DNA from: a virus
Lineage: Duplodnaviria > Caudoviricetes
Strand: one strand, 5' to 3'
IMG/VR virus record: IMGVR_UViG_3300042564_002455
Location: 1 to 56,491 of that record
Length of the DNA: 56,491 nucleotides
Below, piece by piece: positions 1-9,084 of this stretch; within the stretch, counting starts at the first letter, position 1; the number at the start of each line of letters is the position of its first letter. The notes below the pieces were generated by a model, which did no database searches, was not told the DNA's origin, and saw only the letters and a list, made by a program, of their open reading frames with translations. Both the position numbers and the translations under genes were made by a program.

Positions 1-1
1 C

Positions 2-217
2 CCTTACACCGATGTTTACGCTCTTAAAGAATCTTTTGATTTTTCTTGTATCAATATCTCCATTGGGTACTACGATTACCACACCGCAAATGAATATGTG
101 GTGGTTGAGGATGTCTACAATGGTATCAAAGTTGGTAAAAAAATGATAGAGTCATTGGGTTATACCAAACATAAATTTAAAGAAGAAAAACCTAATAAAA
201 TTTATAGTCCATTTTAA
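2..217 (+). CDS. C-terminal fragment of a Zn-dependent M28/M42-like peptidase (5' end outside window)
   Basis: Manual translation from nt 2: PYTDVYALKESFDFSCINISIGYYDYHTANEYVVVED...SPF*, TAA at 215-217. The TD...IS.GY..YHT..EYV pattern is typical of the M20/M28/M42 C-terminal His region. Not in ORF track. Confidence 0.65.
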   Translation, partial: PYTDVYALKESFDFSCINISIGYYDYHTANEYVVVEDVYNGIKVGKKMIESLGYTKHKFKEEKPNKIYSPF

Positions 218-218
218 A

Positions 219-248
219 AAAAAAGGAGGTTATTCAACCTCCTTTTTT
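219..248. terminator. Bidirectional intrinsic terminator between convergent genes
   Basis: AAAAAAGGAGGTT-ATTC-AACCTCCTTTTTT perfect hairpin overlapping the clpC stop codon. Confidence 0.85.
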
Positions 249-2272
249 GTTTTACCCTTCTTTCCTTTTTTCTCTTCCGTTATTATAATAACGTCATTTT
301 CTGCCGTAACTATATAAGGAGTTTCGGTTTTAAGTTCACCCCTAAGAACTTCCTCGGAAATATAATCCTCAATTTTATCTTGGATTGCTCTCTTTAAAGG
401 TCTCGCTCCGTACATCTCATCAAACCCAACTTTTGATATCATCTCAGTTACCGAAGATTCAAATTTGAATTGGTATTTGATTTTAGTCAATCTTGATGAT
501 AACTTATTAAGTTCAATCTTAACGATTTCATTAATTTGTTCTTGTTTTAGGGTGTTAAAGATTATTACATCATCAATTCTGTTTAGGAATTCAGGTGCGA
601 AGAATTTCTGAAGTTCCTTTTTAAGAATATCTCGTTTTTGTTCTTCCTCAACATATGATTTAGTTTGGAATCCAACACCAGATCCAAAGTCCTGTAATTT
701 TTTAACACCAATATTTGATGTCATAATGATAAGACAATTTTTGAAATTGATTTTTCTTCCCAATCCATCTGTAAGGTGACCATCATCTAATACTTGTAGT
801 AAAGTTGAGAATATGTCTTTATTTGCTTTCTCAATCTCATCAAATAAAATAACGGAGTATGGTTTGTTTTTAACTTGTTCAGTTAATTGACCACCTTCAT
901 CATAACCAACATATCCCGGAGGAGATCCGATTAAACGAGAGATTGAGTGTTTTTCCTGATATTCAGACATATCAACTCTAATTAAAGAATCTTCACTACC
1001 GAATATCTCTTTCGCTAATTGCTTTGCCAAGTGAGTTTTACCCACACCTGTGGATCCCAAGAAGATAAACGATCCTATGGGTCTATTTGGGTCTTTAATA
1101 CCTAATCTGTTTCTTCTAATTGCCTTTGAGATTTTTGAAACCGCCTCAGATTGACCGATTACTTTAGATCCAATAGTGGATTCCAAATCAACTAAGGATT
1201 TTGAGTCATCAATGTTAAGTTTCCCAACAGGAATTTTTGTCATATTGGATACAACCTCATAAACCAATTCAATCTCAACTTCTTTCTTATTAATATTCAT
1301 TTCTTCTTCAAACTTCATTTTTTCTACGTGAAGTTTATTCAGAATCTTTTTCTCCTTATCTCTAAGTTCCGCAGCCTGTTCGTAATTTTGTTTTTTAACA
1401 ACATCAATTTTTTGTTGCTTAATGTCAATCGCATCCAATTTTAATTTCTCAATAACTTCAGGTAATTTAATATCAACCTGACTTCTTGCCCCAACTTCAT
1501 CTATAATATCAAAAGCTTTATCGGGAAACTCTCTATCGGTAATATATCTGTCAGCCAAATCAACACAAGTGATTAACACTTCGTCACTAAAAATGACTTT
1601 ATGGTAACTCTCGTATTTGTCTTTTGAGTTTTTTAGAATTTGTAGAGTTTCTTCTTTCGTTGAGGGGTCAACTACCACTTTTTGGAATCTTCTTTCCAAT
1701 GCTCCGTCCTTCTCAAAGTTTTTACGGTATTCATCAAGTGTTGTTGCTCCAATACATTGAATCTCACCTCTCGCTAGTGCCGGTTTGAATATGTTTGATG
1801 CGTCCAATGACCCCGATGAGTTACCCGCACCTACAATGGTGTGAATCTCGTCAATAAAGATAATAATATTGGGATGTGATTGTAATTCTTCAATAATTAC
1901 TTTCATTCTCTCCTCAAACTGACCTCTATATTTTGTTCCCGCGACAATGGATGTCATATCTAGTAGAACAATTCTTTTATCCGCCAAATTTCTTGGGCAT
2001 TCACCCTGTTGAATTTTCATTGCCAATCCCTCAACAATTGCGGTCTTACCACAACCTGGTTCTCCGATAATAATAGGATTATTTTTCTTTCTTCTTGATA
2101 AGATCTGAGCAATTCTTAATATCTCTTTATCTCTACCAATAACTGAATCTAATTTACCTTCCTCAGCCAATTTATTTAAATCTTTACTGAAGTTATCCAG
2201 TACAGGAGTACCACTATCGTTGTCCCCCTTTTTTCTTGATGAAGACCCATCGCCGTCCATTATCTCATTCAT
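230..2272 (-). CDS. clpC: ClpC-type AAA+ chaperone/protease ATPase lacking the N-terminal Clp_N domain
   Basis: Walker A motifs GEPGCGKT and GSTGVGKT, Walker B IFIDEIH and ILFDEIEK, pore loops KYRG and GYVG, UVR-like middle domain (QNYEQAAELRD), ClpP-docking-like GVGF loop, GARPLKR. Confidence 0.93.
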   Translation of the reverse strand: MNEIMDGDGSSSRKKGDNDSGTPVLDNFSKDLNKLAEEGKLDSVIGRDKEILRIAQILSRRKKNNPIIIGEPGCGKTAIVEGLAMKIQQGECPRNLADKRIVLLDMTSIVAGTKYRGQFEERMKVIIEELQSHPNIIIFIDEIHTIVGAGNSSGSLDASNIFKPALARGEIQCIGATTLDEYRKNFEKDGALERRFQKVVVDPSTKEETLQILKNSKDKYESYHKVIFSDEVLITCVDLADRYITDREFPDKAFDIIDEVGARSQVDIKLPEVIEKLKLDAIDIKQQKIDVVKKQNYEQAAELRDKEKKILNKLHVEKMKFEEEMNINKKEVEIELVYEVVSNMTKIPVGKLNIDDSKSLVDLESTIGSKVIGQSEAVSKISKAIRRNRLGIKDPNRPIGSFIFLGSTGVGKTHLAKQLAKEIFGSEDSLIRVDMSEYQEKHSISRLIGSPPGYVGYDEGGQLTEQVKNKPYSVILFDEIEKANKDIFSTLLQVLDDGHLTDGLGRKINFKNCLIIMTSNIGVKKLQDFGSGVGFQTKSYVEEEQKRDILKKELQKFFAPEFLNRIDDVIIFNTLKQEQINEIVKIELNKLSSRLTKIKYQFKFESSVTEMISKVGFDEMYGARPLKRAIQDKIEDYISEEVLRGELKTETPYIVTAENDVIIITEEKKGKKGKTKKEVE

Positions 2273-2322
2273 AATATTATTTTTTTAATAAATATATCAA
2301 ATTATGGTCAATAATTCAATAG

Positions 2323-2383
2323 TGACAAATTGTCATATACTAACTGACAAAATGTCGTATATTTTATTTGGCATGCCAGTTGA
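2323..2383 (+). promoter_or_regulatory. Two TGACA-N3-TGTC(A/G) operator boxes plus a sigma54-like -24/-12 promoter upstream of hsp20
   Basis: TGACAAATTGTCA at 2323-2335 and TGACAAAATGTCG at 2345-2357 (22 bp apart). TGGCATGCCAGTTGA at 2369-2383 has GG-N10-GA spacing. Confidence 0.6.
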
Positions 2384-2425
2384 ATAATTCACAATCAAAT
2401 AATAAACATAAAAATTTAAAAAACT

Positions 2426-2797
2426 ATGAAAACAGGAAATTTATCAATTTTCGACACAATCCTAAACGACTTTTCTGATGTTAAATTCAGAAGAAATTAT
2501 CTCAGTGATTATGATGTTCATAAAACCGAAGATGGGGCTTATTATGTATTCAGCGTTCCCGGATTTAATAAGTCAAATTTAAAAGTTGATGTTGATGACA
2601 CAATTTTAACCATTGACGGTAATCGTGTAATTAAATCATCAAATGGTGATAAAACTAAGAGTGTTCACTTCTCTTATGACTTGGGATTAAACATTGATAC
2701 CTCTAAACTTGAGGCAACCATTGAGGATGGGTTATTAAGTGTGTTCATCCCTAACGAAACAAAGGTTGAAAAGAAGAAGAAAATATCTTTACTTTAA
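2426..2797 (+). CDS. Small heat-shock protein (Hsp20/alpha-crystallin)
   Basis: VPGFNKSNLKVDVDDTILTIDG...LEATIEDGLLSVFIP and C-terminal KKISL (IXI-like) motif. Confidence 0.9.
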   Translation: MKTGNLSIFDTILNDFSDVKFRRNYLSDYDVHKTEDGAYYVFSVPGFNKSNLKVDVDDTILTIDGNRVIKSSNGDKTKSVHFSYDLGLNIDTSKLEATIEDGLLSVFIPNETKVEKKKKISLL

Positions 2798-2843
2798 CGA
2801 TTTTTTTTACTCATCATAATATATTTATAATAAAAATTATATT

Positions 2844-3233
2844 ATGAAAAAAATTGTAAGATTAACAGAAAGTGATCTAGTTAGGTTAGTAAAAAGAATA
2901 ATCAGCGAAGGTGAAAGATATGGTTCATTTGGTGATAATGAAAAATGGGTTGATATGGATACAGACCAATTCTCTGACGATGATATAAATGATGATGATT
3001 TTGACACAGAGGAGTTCGATGACTATGAATCATTTCACGAAAGACATCCAAAAAGAAGAGCTTTAAGTGGCGATATGGGTAAGGCAATGTTTAACACATA
3101 TAAAGAAAAAACAGGAAAACCCCTTTCAATCAAAACTAGAAGACCACAAAAAAGTAGCGGTGGGTCTGGATTTGACCACGATAGAGAATTTAGAAAGTAT
3201 CAAGGTGATATTGGAGATGCTTCTTGGTCATAA
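2844..3233 (+). CDS. Putative head-internal protein with MKKIVRLTESDL leader
   Basis: 129-aa ORF, N-terminal motif shared with 22686-23174 and 23177-23545, acidic core, TATTTAT upstream. Confidence 0.7.
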   Translation: MKKIVRLTESDLVRLVKRIISEGERYGSFGDNEKWVDMDTDQFSDDDINDDDFDTEEFDDYESFHERHPKRRALSGDMGKAMFNTYKEKTGKPLSIKTRRPQKSSGGSGFDHDREFRKYQGDIGDASWS

Positions 3234-3261
3234 ACTTTATTTTCACTAAAAGAAAATTGAT

Positions 3262-3287
3262 AACCCCTCCCCAAAAGAGGGGTTTTT
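3262..3287 (+). terminator. Intrinsic terminator
   Basis: AACCCCTC-CCCAAAA-GAGGGGTT followed by T run. Confidence 0.8.
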
Positions 3288-3322
3288 CATTATATATGAT
3301 ATTTATAATAAATAAAAAAAAG

Positions 3323-4921
3323 ATGAAACACTTATTAAATAATTTATCAGAGGAGGAGAAAAATAGTATTCGTAATCAATATACAAGTGAAATTAGAGTT
3401 GTAACCGAAAACTTTAAAAAGTTACTAAATTCAAAACTTGGGGATGTGAGACCGTTGGTTGATGATGAATTACTCACAGAAGAAAAATTAATTGGTGAAC
3501 AAGGGTTTAAAGATTTTTTTAAAAATATATTCTCAGGTAAAAAGGATAAAGAAAGTGATAATAAGATTGATGATCCCAAGAAAGCCGATCTTGTTGATGA
3601 TGATGTTGCAGAATTCTATAAAACTTTAGAATCAATAAAAGAACCTATATCTCAACAACAAAAAGGTAAAATGAATTTCCAAAAAGATGTTGAGACGGTT
3701 CAAATAGCGTTACAATTATTAGGTTATGAATTACCTAAATTTGGTGTTGATGGTTTATTTGGCCCTGAAACCGGATCTGCGGTTATTAAATTTAAAATAG
3801 ATAATAAATTAAACGAATCGTTTAAACATTTAAATGAGTCATTACCTCAGATTGATACTTTTCCAATTGCCGGTGGTCAATATAATATAGGTTATGACCA
3901 AAAATGGGATGATTTTAATAATCCCGCCGGAACCGCTAATAGCGATTTCTCAAGAAAAGCCACAAATGCCGGTGCTGGTGGTCATAAAAATGGTCATATT
4001 GGGGTGGATATATTCGGTAAAAAAGGTACACCAATTGTGGCTCCTGTTGATGGAAAAGTTAAATATGGATCTAACGGATTAACTGTTATTGTTCAAGATG
4101 ATAAAACAGGTTTCTCTCATTGGTTGGGTCATTTAGATTCAATAACAGTTAAAGAAGGTGAGTTTGTGTCAGCAGGTCAGCAAGTGGGGACTTTAGGTAA
4201 TACGGGGAACGCTGCCGGTACCGCACCACACCTTCATTATAATGTATATAAAACAAGTTCAGGATTTAATTCTGGTGAAGACCCGTTAGACATATTAAAG
4301 GGTGCTATTAGTAAATCAACAAACACTCCCATAAAGAAAAATGAAGATGGTAGTGAAAACGAATATAAATCCGAAGAAGATGGTAGTATATCAATAACCC
4401 CTGAAATGATTAAGGATATGATTGATAAACTTAAATCTAAAGGAATTAAATCTGAAGATTTAAAGAAGTATTTAGATATGGTTAAAACCGGAGGTGCTGG
4501 CGAAGGTGTAATAGTTACCAACGATAAAGAATTTTATGAACAAATATTAAAAGGTATTGGAGCACCCATAACAGAAAGTAACCTTAAATTTTTATATGCG
4601 TGGAGACAAGCAGAAGGTAGTAAATCCACAAATAACCCATTCAATACAACATTAAACCTTAAAAGTGACGAAAAAAAAACTAACTATAATAGTGTTGGCG
4701 TTAAGAATTACTCAACTCCATCCTATGGTGTTGAAGCTACGGTAAAAACGCTTCTTAATGGTTATTATGATTGTATAGTGGACGAACTAAGGAATGATTC
4801 CGGAGCTGAAAGAATATCTAAAATATGTATAAGTCAATTGAAAACATGGGGGACTGGAGGTTTAGTTAATAAAGTTTTACAAAATGGTTCAATAAACCCA
4901 CCACCAATTTACTCAGCGTAG
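3323..4921 (+). CDS. Peptidoglycan hydrolase: PG-binding domain, M23 peptidase and C-terminal lysozyme-like domain (start revised from 3224 to 3323)
   Basis: VQIALQLLGY...VDGLFGPET PG-binding motif; M23 motifs HIGVD and PHLHY; AWRQAEG...NNPFNTT domain. The ORF-track start at 3224 reads through a terminator and the TATTTAT box, so ATG 3323 is preferred. Confidence 0.82.
   Translation: MKHLLNNLSEEEKNSIRNQYTSEIRVVTENFKKLLNSKLGDVRPLVDDELLTEEKLIGEQGFKDFFKNIFSGKKDKESDNKIDDPKKADLVDDDVAEFYKTLESIKEPISQQQKGKMNFQKDVETVQIALQLLGYELPKFGVDGLFGPETGSAVIKFKIDNKLNESFKHLNESLPQIDTFPIAGGQYNIGYDQKWDDFNNPAGTANSDFSRKATNAGAGGHKNGHIGVDIFGKKGTPIVAPVDGKVKYGSNGLTVIVQDDKTGFSHWLGHLDSITVKEGEFVSAGQQVGTLGNTGNAAGTAPHLHYNVYKTSSGFNSGEDPLDILKGAISKSTNTPIKKNEDGSENEYKSEEDGSISITPEMIKDMIDKLKSKGIKSEDLKKYLDMVKTGGAGEGVIVTNDKEFYEQILKGIGAPITESNLKFLYAWRQAEGSKSTNNPFNTTLNLKSDEKKTNYNSVGVKNYSTPSYGVEATVKTLLNGYYDCIVDELRNDSGAERISKICISQLKTWGTGGLVNKVLQNGSINPPPIYSA
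3483..3696 (+). repeat. Direct repeat copy 1, shared with 5998-6211, with a 114-nt exact core at 3528-3641
   Basis: tattctcaggtaaaaaggat...ttagaatcaataaaag is identical at 3528-3641 and 6043-6156 (offset 2515). Confidence 0.95.
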
Positions 4922-4989
4922 TTTTAGATAAAAAAAAATAATGTATAGACATATGGGAATTAATAATTTATTTTTGTAAATAAAAAATT

Positions 4990-5232
4990 ATGGCAATTAC
5001 AAAAGAAGAAATTATAGGAACAAAAATAATTAATGACATTACTTCGTCAAATATTAAACACACAGAATATGATACAGAAACAAAGGGTCTATTGGTTGAG
5101 TTTAATAATGGTTTAAAGTATGAGTATCAAGATGTGCCCCATCAATTATATACTCAATTCAGAATGTCCGAATCTCAGGGTAAATTCTTCAGTTCAAAAA
5201 TAGCGAAAGCTCACCCATATAAAAAACTTTAA
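4990..5232 (+). CDS. KTSC domain protein
   Basis: SSNIKHTEYD...LLVEFNNG..YEYQDVP..LY..F..SESQGKFF...I matches the KTSC pattern. TAnnTTTG (TATTTTTG, 4969-4976) upstream. Confidence 0.88.
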   Translation: MAITKEEIIGTKIINDITSSNIKHTEYDTETKGLLVEFNNGLKYEYQDVPHQLYTQFRMSESQGKFFSSKIAKAHPYKKL

Positions 5233-5264
5233 CTAAATACATATTTTGTAGTATTTATTAGTTA

Positions 5265-7397
5265 ATGAAAAAGGATACTGAAATTTTATCAAGCTTTGAC
5301 TTAAAAAAAGGATTAAATCCGAAGGTGTGGGTTAAGGACAATAAGTCCACAAAACTTAAACCTGAAATTAGAGAAAAGTTATTAGAAATTGCTTATGAAT
5401 TCATAGAATTTTTAGGTGTTGACATTATTGTATCTGATGCTCATATCATAGGTTCTATGGTTAATTACAACTGGTCAAAATACTCCGATTTTGATTTACA
5501 CATAATTGCCGATTTTGAACAATTCCCTAAAGACCAATTAGGTCTATACCAAGAACTTTTTAAATTAAAAAAAACTTTATTTAATTCTAACCATAATATT
5601 AAAATATATGGTTATGATGTTGAGTTATACGTACAGGATAGTAATGAACCTTATTTCTCATCAGGGGCTTATTCTTTGATATATAACAAATGGTTAAGTC
5701 CTCCCAAAAAAACTGATTTTAAAGCGGATAAAGAAGTTCTTATGTCAAAAGTTAATCAATGGACTGAGAAAATTGATGAGGTTATTGATTCGGCTAAAGG
5801 TAAAGATTTGGAAGTAGCTTTAAAGTTATTGGGCGGTTTTAAGGATAAACTTAAAAAATACAGACAATCGGGATTAGAAGGTGGTGGTGAATTATCTTAT
5901 GAAAATTTGGTATTTAAATACCTTAGACGAAATGGGTATATTGAAAAACTATTTAACTTTGAAAACGAGAAAGTTGATAAGGAATTGTCATTGGAACAAA
6001 AATTAATTGGTGAACAAAAACTAAAAGATTTTTTCAATAATTTATTCTCAGGTAAAAAGGATAAAGAAAGTGATAATAAGATTGATGATCCCAAGAAAGC
6101 CGATCTTGTTGATGATGATGTTGCAGAATTCTATAAAACTTTAGAATCAATAAAAGGTCCTATATCCCAACAACAAAAAGGTCAAATGAACTTCCAAAAA
6201 GAAGTTGAGACCATACAAATCGGATTAGAATTACTTGGATATAATCTACCTAAATTTGGGTCTGATGGATTATATGGACCTGAAACGGCAAGTCAAGTAG
6301 AGAAATTCAAATCAGATAATTTAAAAGAATTAGAAAGTACTCAAAAAAAATCTTCAATTAGTGAAAGTGAATCATCTAAATTTTTACCTCCTGTCACTCC
6401 TTTTAATATTGGAAGTGATTTTAACGCAAGTAGAGGCTATGGTAAGCACGGAGCGGCTGATATTCCAGTACCATCCGGTACTGAAATACGTTCACCATTA
6501 GATGGTAAAGTTTTAAAGGTTCATGATGATAGTGGGAATTGTGGTGGTACTATTGTAATTGACCATGCCGATGGATATCAGACCATTTTTTGTCATTGTA
6601 AACAAATAAATGTAAGTGCCGGTAATTTAGTAAAACAAGGGGATGTAATAGGTTTAAGTGGTGGTGGTGCAAATGATAAGGGTCATGGTAGATCCACAGG
6701 TCCTCATTTACATTTTGCGGTTAGCCTTAATGGTACAAAGATAGACCCCGCTACTGTGGTGGATAAAAAATACGTAGGTAGTTTTGACAATAAAAATGTA
6801 GTTGATTCAATCGCAACCCCTGAAATGATTAAGGTTATGATAGAAAAACTTAAATCCAAAGGAATTAAATCGGAAGATTTAAAGAAATATATTGACGTAG
6901 TTAATACGGGTGGCGGTGAAGGATTTACAGATATTGATTTAATGAGTGAAGAAGGGTATAAAAAATATGAGAATATTTGTCAAAAATTTATAAATACTAG
7001 AAGTAGTAATTTATTGGGAATAACAGGTGAGATGATGGCTAAAGCGGCTAAAACCACATATAGTACGTATCAAAAATATGTTCCACCTCAATTGGCTTTA
7101 GCCCAAATGACAGTAGAGGGTGGATTTAGTAGTAACCCTAATAGTAGACCAATTAAAACTAAAAACCCATATAATGTGGGTAATGTTGATGATGGTAGTA
7201 ATAAATATTTTTCCGATGTTCAGTCGGGAATACAAACCTATTACGATTTAATTGCAAGAAGTTATTTAACAGGTGGTAAAACCGCAAAAGATTTGGTAAA
7301 TAATTTTGTAAATAAAAACAACAACAGATACGCATCATCAACAAAGTATGAAAGTAGTTTGAACAATTTAGTAAATCAAATCAATAATACGGCATAA
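5265..7397 (+). CDS. Fusion protein: Pol-beta-superfamily nucleotidyltransferase, PG-binding domain, M23 peptidase and glucosaminidase (GH73)-like domain
   Basis: IIGSMVNYNWSKYSDFDLH (GS...DxD) and YDVELY; SDGLYGPET; HGAAD and PHLHF; LALAQMTVEG...NPYNVG...RYAS. Confidence 0.8.
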   Translation: MKKDTEILSSFDLKKGLNPKVWVKDNKSTKLKPEIREKLLEIAYEFIEFLGVDIIVSDAHIIGSMVNYNWSKYSDFDLHIIADFEQFPKDQLGLYQELFKLKKTLFNSNHNIKIYGYDVELYVQDSNEPYFSSGAYSLIYNKWLSPPKKTDFKADKEVLMSKVNQWTEKIDEVIDSAKGKDLEVALKLLGGFKDKLKKYRQSGLEGGGELSYENLVFKYLRRNGYIEKLFNFENEKVDKELSLEQKLIGEQKLKDFFNNLFSGKKDKESDNKIDDPKKADLVDDDVAEFYKTLESIKGPISQQQKGQMNFQKEVETIQIGLELLGYNLPKFGSDGLYGPETASQVEKFKSDNLKELESTQKKSSISESESSKFLPPVTPFNIGSDFNASRGYGKHGAADIPVPSGTEIRSPLDGKVLKVHDDSGNCGGTIVIDHADGYQTIFCHCKQINVSAGNLVKQGDVIGLSGGGANDKGHGRSTGPHLHFAVSLNGTKIDPATVVDKKYVGSFDNKNVVDSIATPEMIKVMIEKLKSKGIKSEDLKKYIDVVNTGGGEGFTDIDLMSEEGYKKYENICQKFINTRSSNLLGITGEMMAKAAKTTYSTYQKYVPPQLALAQMTVEGGFSSNPNSRPIKTKNPYNVGNVDDGSNKYFSDVQSGIQTYYDLIARSYLTGGKTAKDLVNNFVNKNNNRYASSTKYESSLNNLVNQINNTA
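5998..6211 (+). repeat. Direct repeat copy 2 of 3483-3696
   Basis: 114-nt exact core at 6043-6156. A second shared block at about 4396-4507 and 6815-6923 encodes TPEMIK.MI.KLKSKGIKSEDLKKY. Confidence 0.95.
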
Positions 7398-7458
7398 ATT
7401 ATTAATCACTCATAAACTATTATTAATATTGATATATTTATAAAGAAAAAATAAAGAT

Positions 7459-7644
7459 ATGGCATCAACCGCATGTACTTCGTATTATAAAACAACAATA
7501 ATCGGATTTTTACCGGCAAACCCAACAGGGGGGACTGTTGTTACTTTTGCTAACCCAACACCGATAGCGTCAAATGTAACTGGTGGTACTATCTATCAAT
7601 GTAGTGCGGTCACACTTGGTGGATTTAACGGATTAAACAATTAA
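7459..7644 (+). CDS. Small Thr/Gly-rich late protein, possibly structural
   Basis: 61-aa ORF filling the gap, TATTTAT at 7435 and A-rich leader. Confidence 0.65.
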   Translation: MASTACTSYYKTTIIGFLPANPTGGTVVTFANPTPIASNVTGGTIYQCSAVTLGGFNGLNN

Positions 7645-7662
7645 ACATAAATAAAAAATAAA

Positions 7663-9084
7663 ATGGGAAAATTAAAACCAATTGGAAGTGAAAGATTAGA
7701 AGGTATGGAAAAAATAAACCGTATCATTGAAATTTCACGTTATAAGGAAAACATTCCAACGCCTGTAAATGAAGTTAAATCTACAGAGTACGGAATAATG
7801 TTAGCCGATGGTAACACATATAAAATTGAAAGAGATAAAAACGGATACGTCATTAAAAAATCTATTAATGAATCCGAAATGGATTATCTTGAACCAATGC
7901 AAAATAGAAAGTACTATCCTTCCTATTCCCAAGCATTGAAGAGATTAAACTTAATTACAAAAGAAGTTAATACTTTGGTCGGTAATGAAGAAAACATCTC
8001 ATTATTTGGTGAACAAAAAAAATTTACATTAAAAACACCTAAACCGGCGCCTGTAGAAGCTCCGCCGATGCCAGAACCGGCACCTGCTCCCGCACCAACC
8101 GATATGCCACCTATGCCTGATGCAGGTATGGATATGCCTGAAGACCCAACTATGGGTGACGAAGGTATGGATATGCCGGAAGATCCTGAAATAGGTGATG
8201 AAGGAATGGATATGGGTGATGAAGGAATGGATATGGGTGGAGAACCCGAAGGTGAAGAAGGTATGGTTACCTTTAAATCGATCCAAAAACTAACAGGTAA
8301 GTTAGGTCAAAAAATTAGAAAACTTAATCAAGGTGAAGAACCAATTTCATCTGATGATACAAAATATGTAATTAACTCAATATTATCAGCTCTTGATTTA
8401 AGTCAATTATCCGATGAGGATGTTGAGGAGATTATGACTAGATTTGAGGATAATGAAGATATGGGTGACGAGGATATGGAAATGCCGGAAGAACCTGAAA
8501 TGGGTGATGAAGATATGGAAATGCCGGAAGAACCTGAAATGGGTGATGAAGATATGGAAATGCCTGAAGGTGAAATGAGAGAAGAATGGGAAGGAACTAT
8601 GGATGGAGATTACGATTTAGGATTTAGTGATGAACCTAAGAAAATGAGACACCCAAAATCACCAATGGAAGAAATGGACTTTAACAAAGCGTTAACTAAC
8701 AAACATAGCGAACTTATTAAAAATAAAATGGGTGATATGTTAGAAGATAATCACGTTGATGGGATGGGTAAAATTTTTGATGACATTTTCTCAGAATCAA
8801 AAGTGGATAAGATTTTATCAAAATACTTCCAAGAATCACCTAACGAAAAAAGATTAAACGAGGAAAGAGGAGTTAGGAAATTTGTTGAGAAAAAAACTCA
8901 TAAAGTTAAACAAATGAAAGAGGTTAAGAGATTATCTGAATCTATTGACCAAGAAGTAACTTCTGAGAAATTCATTACGAGATATTCTAAGGCCGAATTA
9001 ATCGGTAAAACTAATAAGAGAAATTTAGTTTTTGAGGTTAATGGTAAACAATTTAAAATCACACCTGACGGAGCGATTCTATGA
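7663..9084 (+). CDS. Acidic low-complexity putative prohead-core/internal protein
   Basis: 473 aa, Pro-rich and D/E/M/G-rich tracts, many (I/L/F/V)xE sites, in the head gene cluster. Confidence 0.75.
   Translation: MGKLKPIGSERLEGMEKINRIIEISRYKENIPTPVNEVKSTEYGIMLADGNTYKIERDKNGYVIKKSINESEMDYLEPMQNRKYYPSYSQALKRLNLITKEVNTLVGNEENISLFGEQKKFTLKTPKPAPVEAPPMPEPAPAPAPTDMPPMPDAGMDMPEDPTMGDEGMDMPEDPEIGDEGMDMGDEGMDMGGEPEGEEGMVTFKSIQKLTGKLGQKIRKLNQGEEPISSDDTKYVINSILSALDLSQLSDEDVEEIMTRFEDNEDMGDEDMEMPEEPEMGDEDMEMPEEPEMGDEDMEMPEGEMREEWEGTMDGDYDLGFSDEPKKMRHPKSPMEEMDFNKALTNKHSELIKNKMGDMLEDNHVDGMGKIFDDIFSESKVDKILSKYFQESPNEKRLNEERGVRKFVEKKTHKVKQMKEVKRLSESIDQEVTSEKFITRYSKAELIGKTNKRNLVFEVNGKQFKITPDGAIL
8455..8570 (+). 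repeat. In-frame 39-nt tandem repeat (EDMEMPEEPEMGD, about 3 copies)
   Basis: gatatggaaatgccggaagaacctgaaatgggtgat(gaa) repeated; related units at about 8125-8240. Confidence 0.85.

Noticed and set aside
3224-3322. N-terminal 33 codons of the 565-aa ORF in the track
   Set aside because: Spans a terminator hairpin and the TATTTAT box; ATG 3323 is the better start
3483-6211. Possible DGR template/variable repeat pair or attL/attR
   Set aside because: Core is fully identical, flanking mismatches are not adenine-specific, both copies are in-frame coding, and there is no reverse transcriptase or integrase in the window
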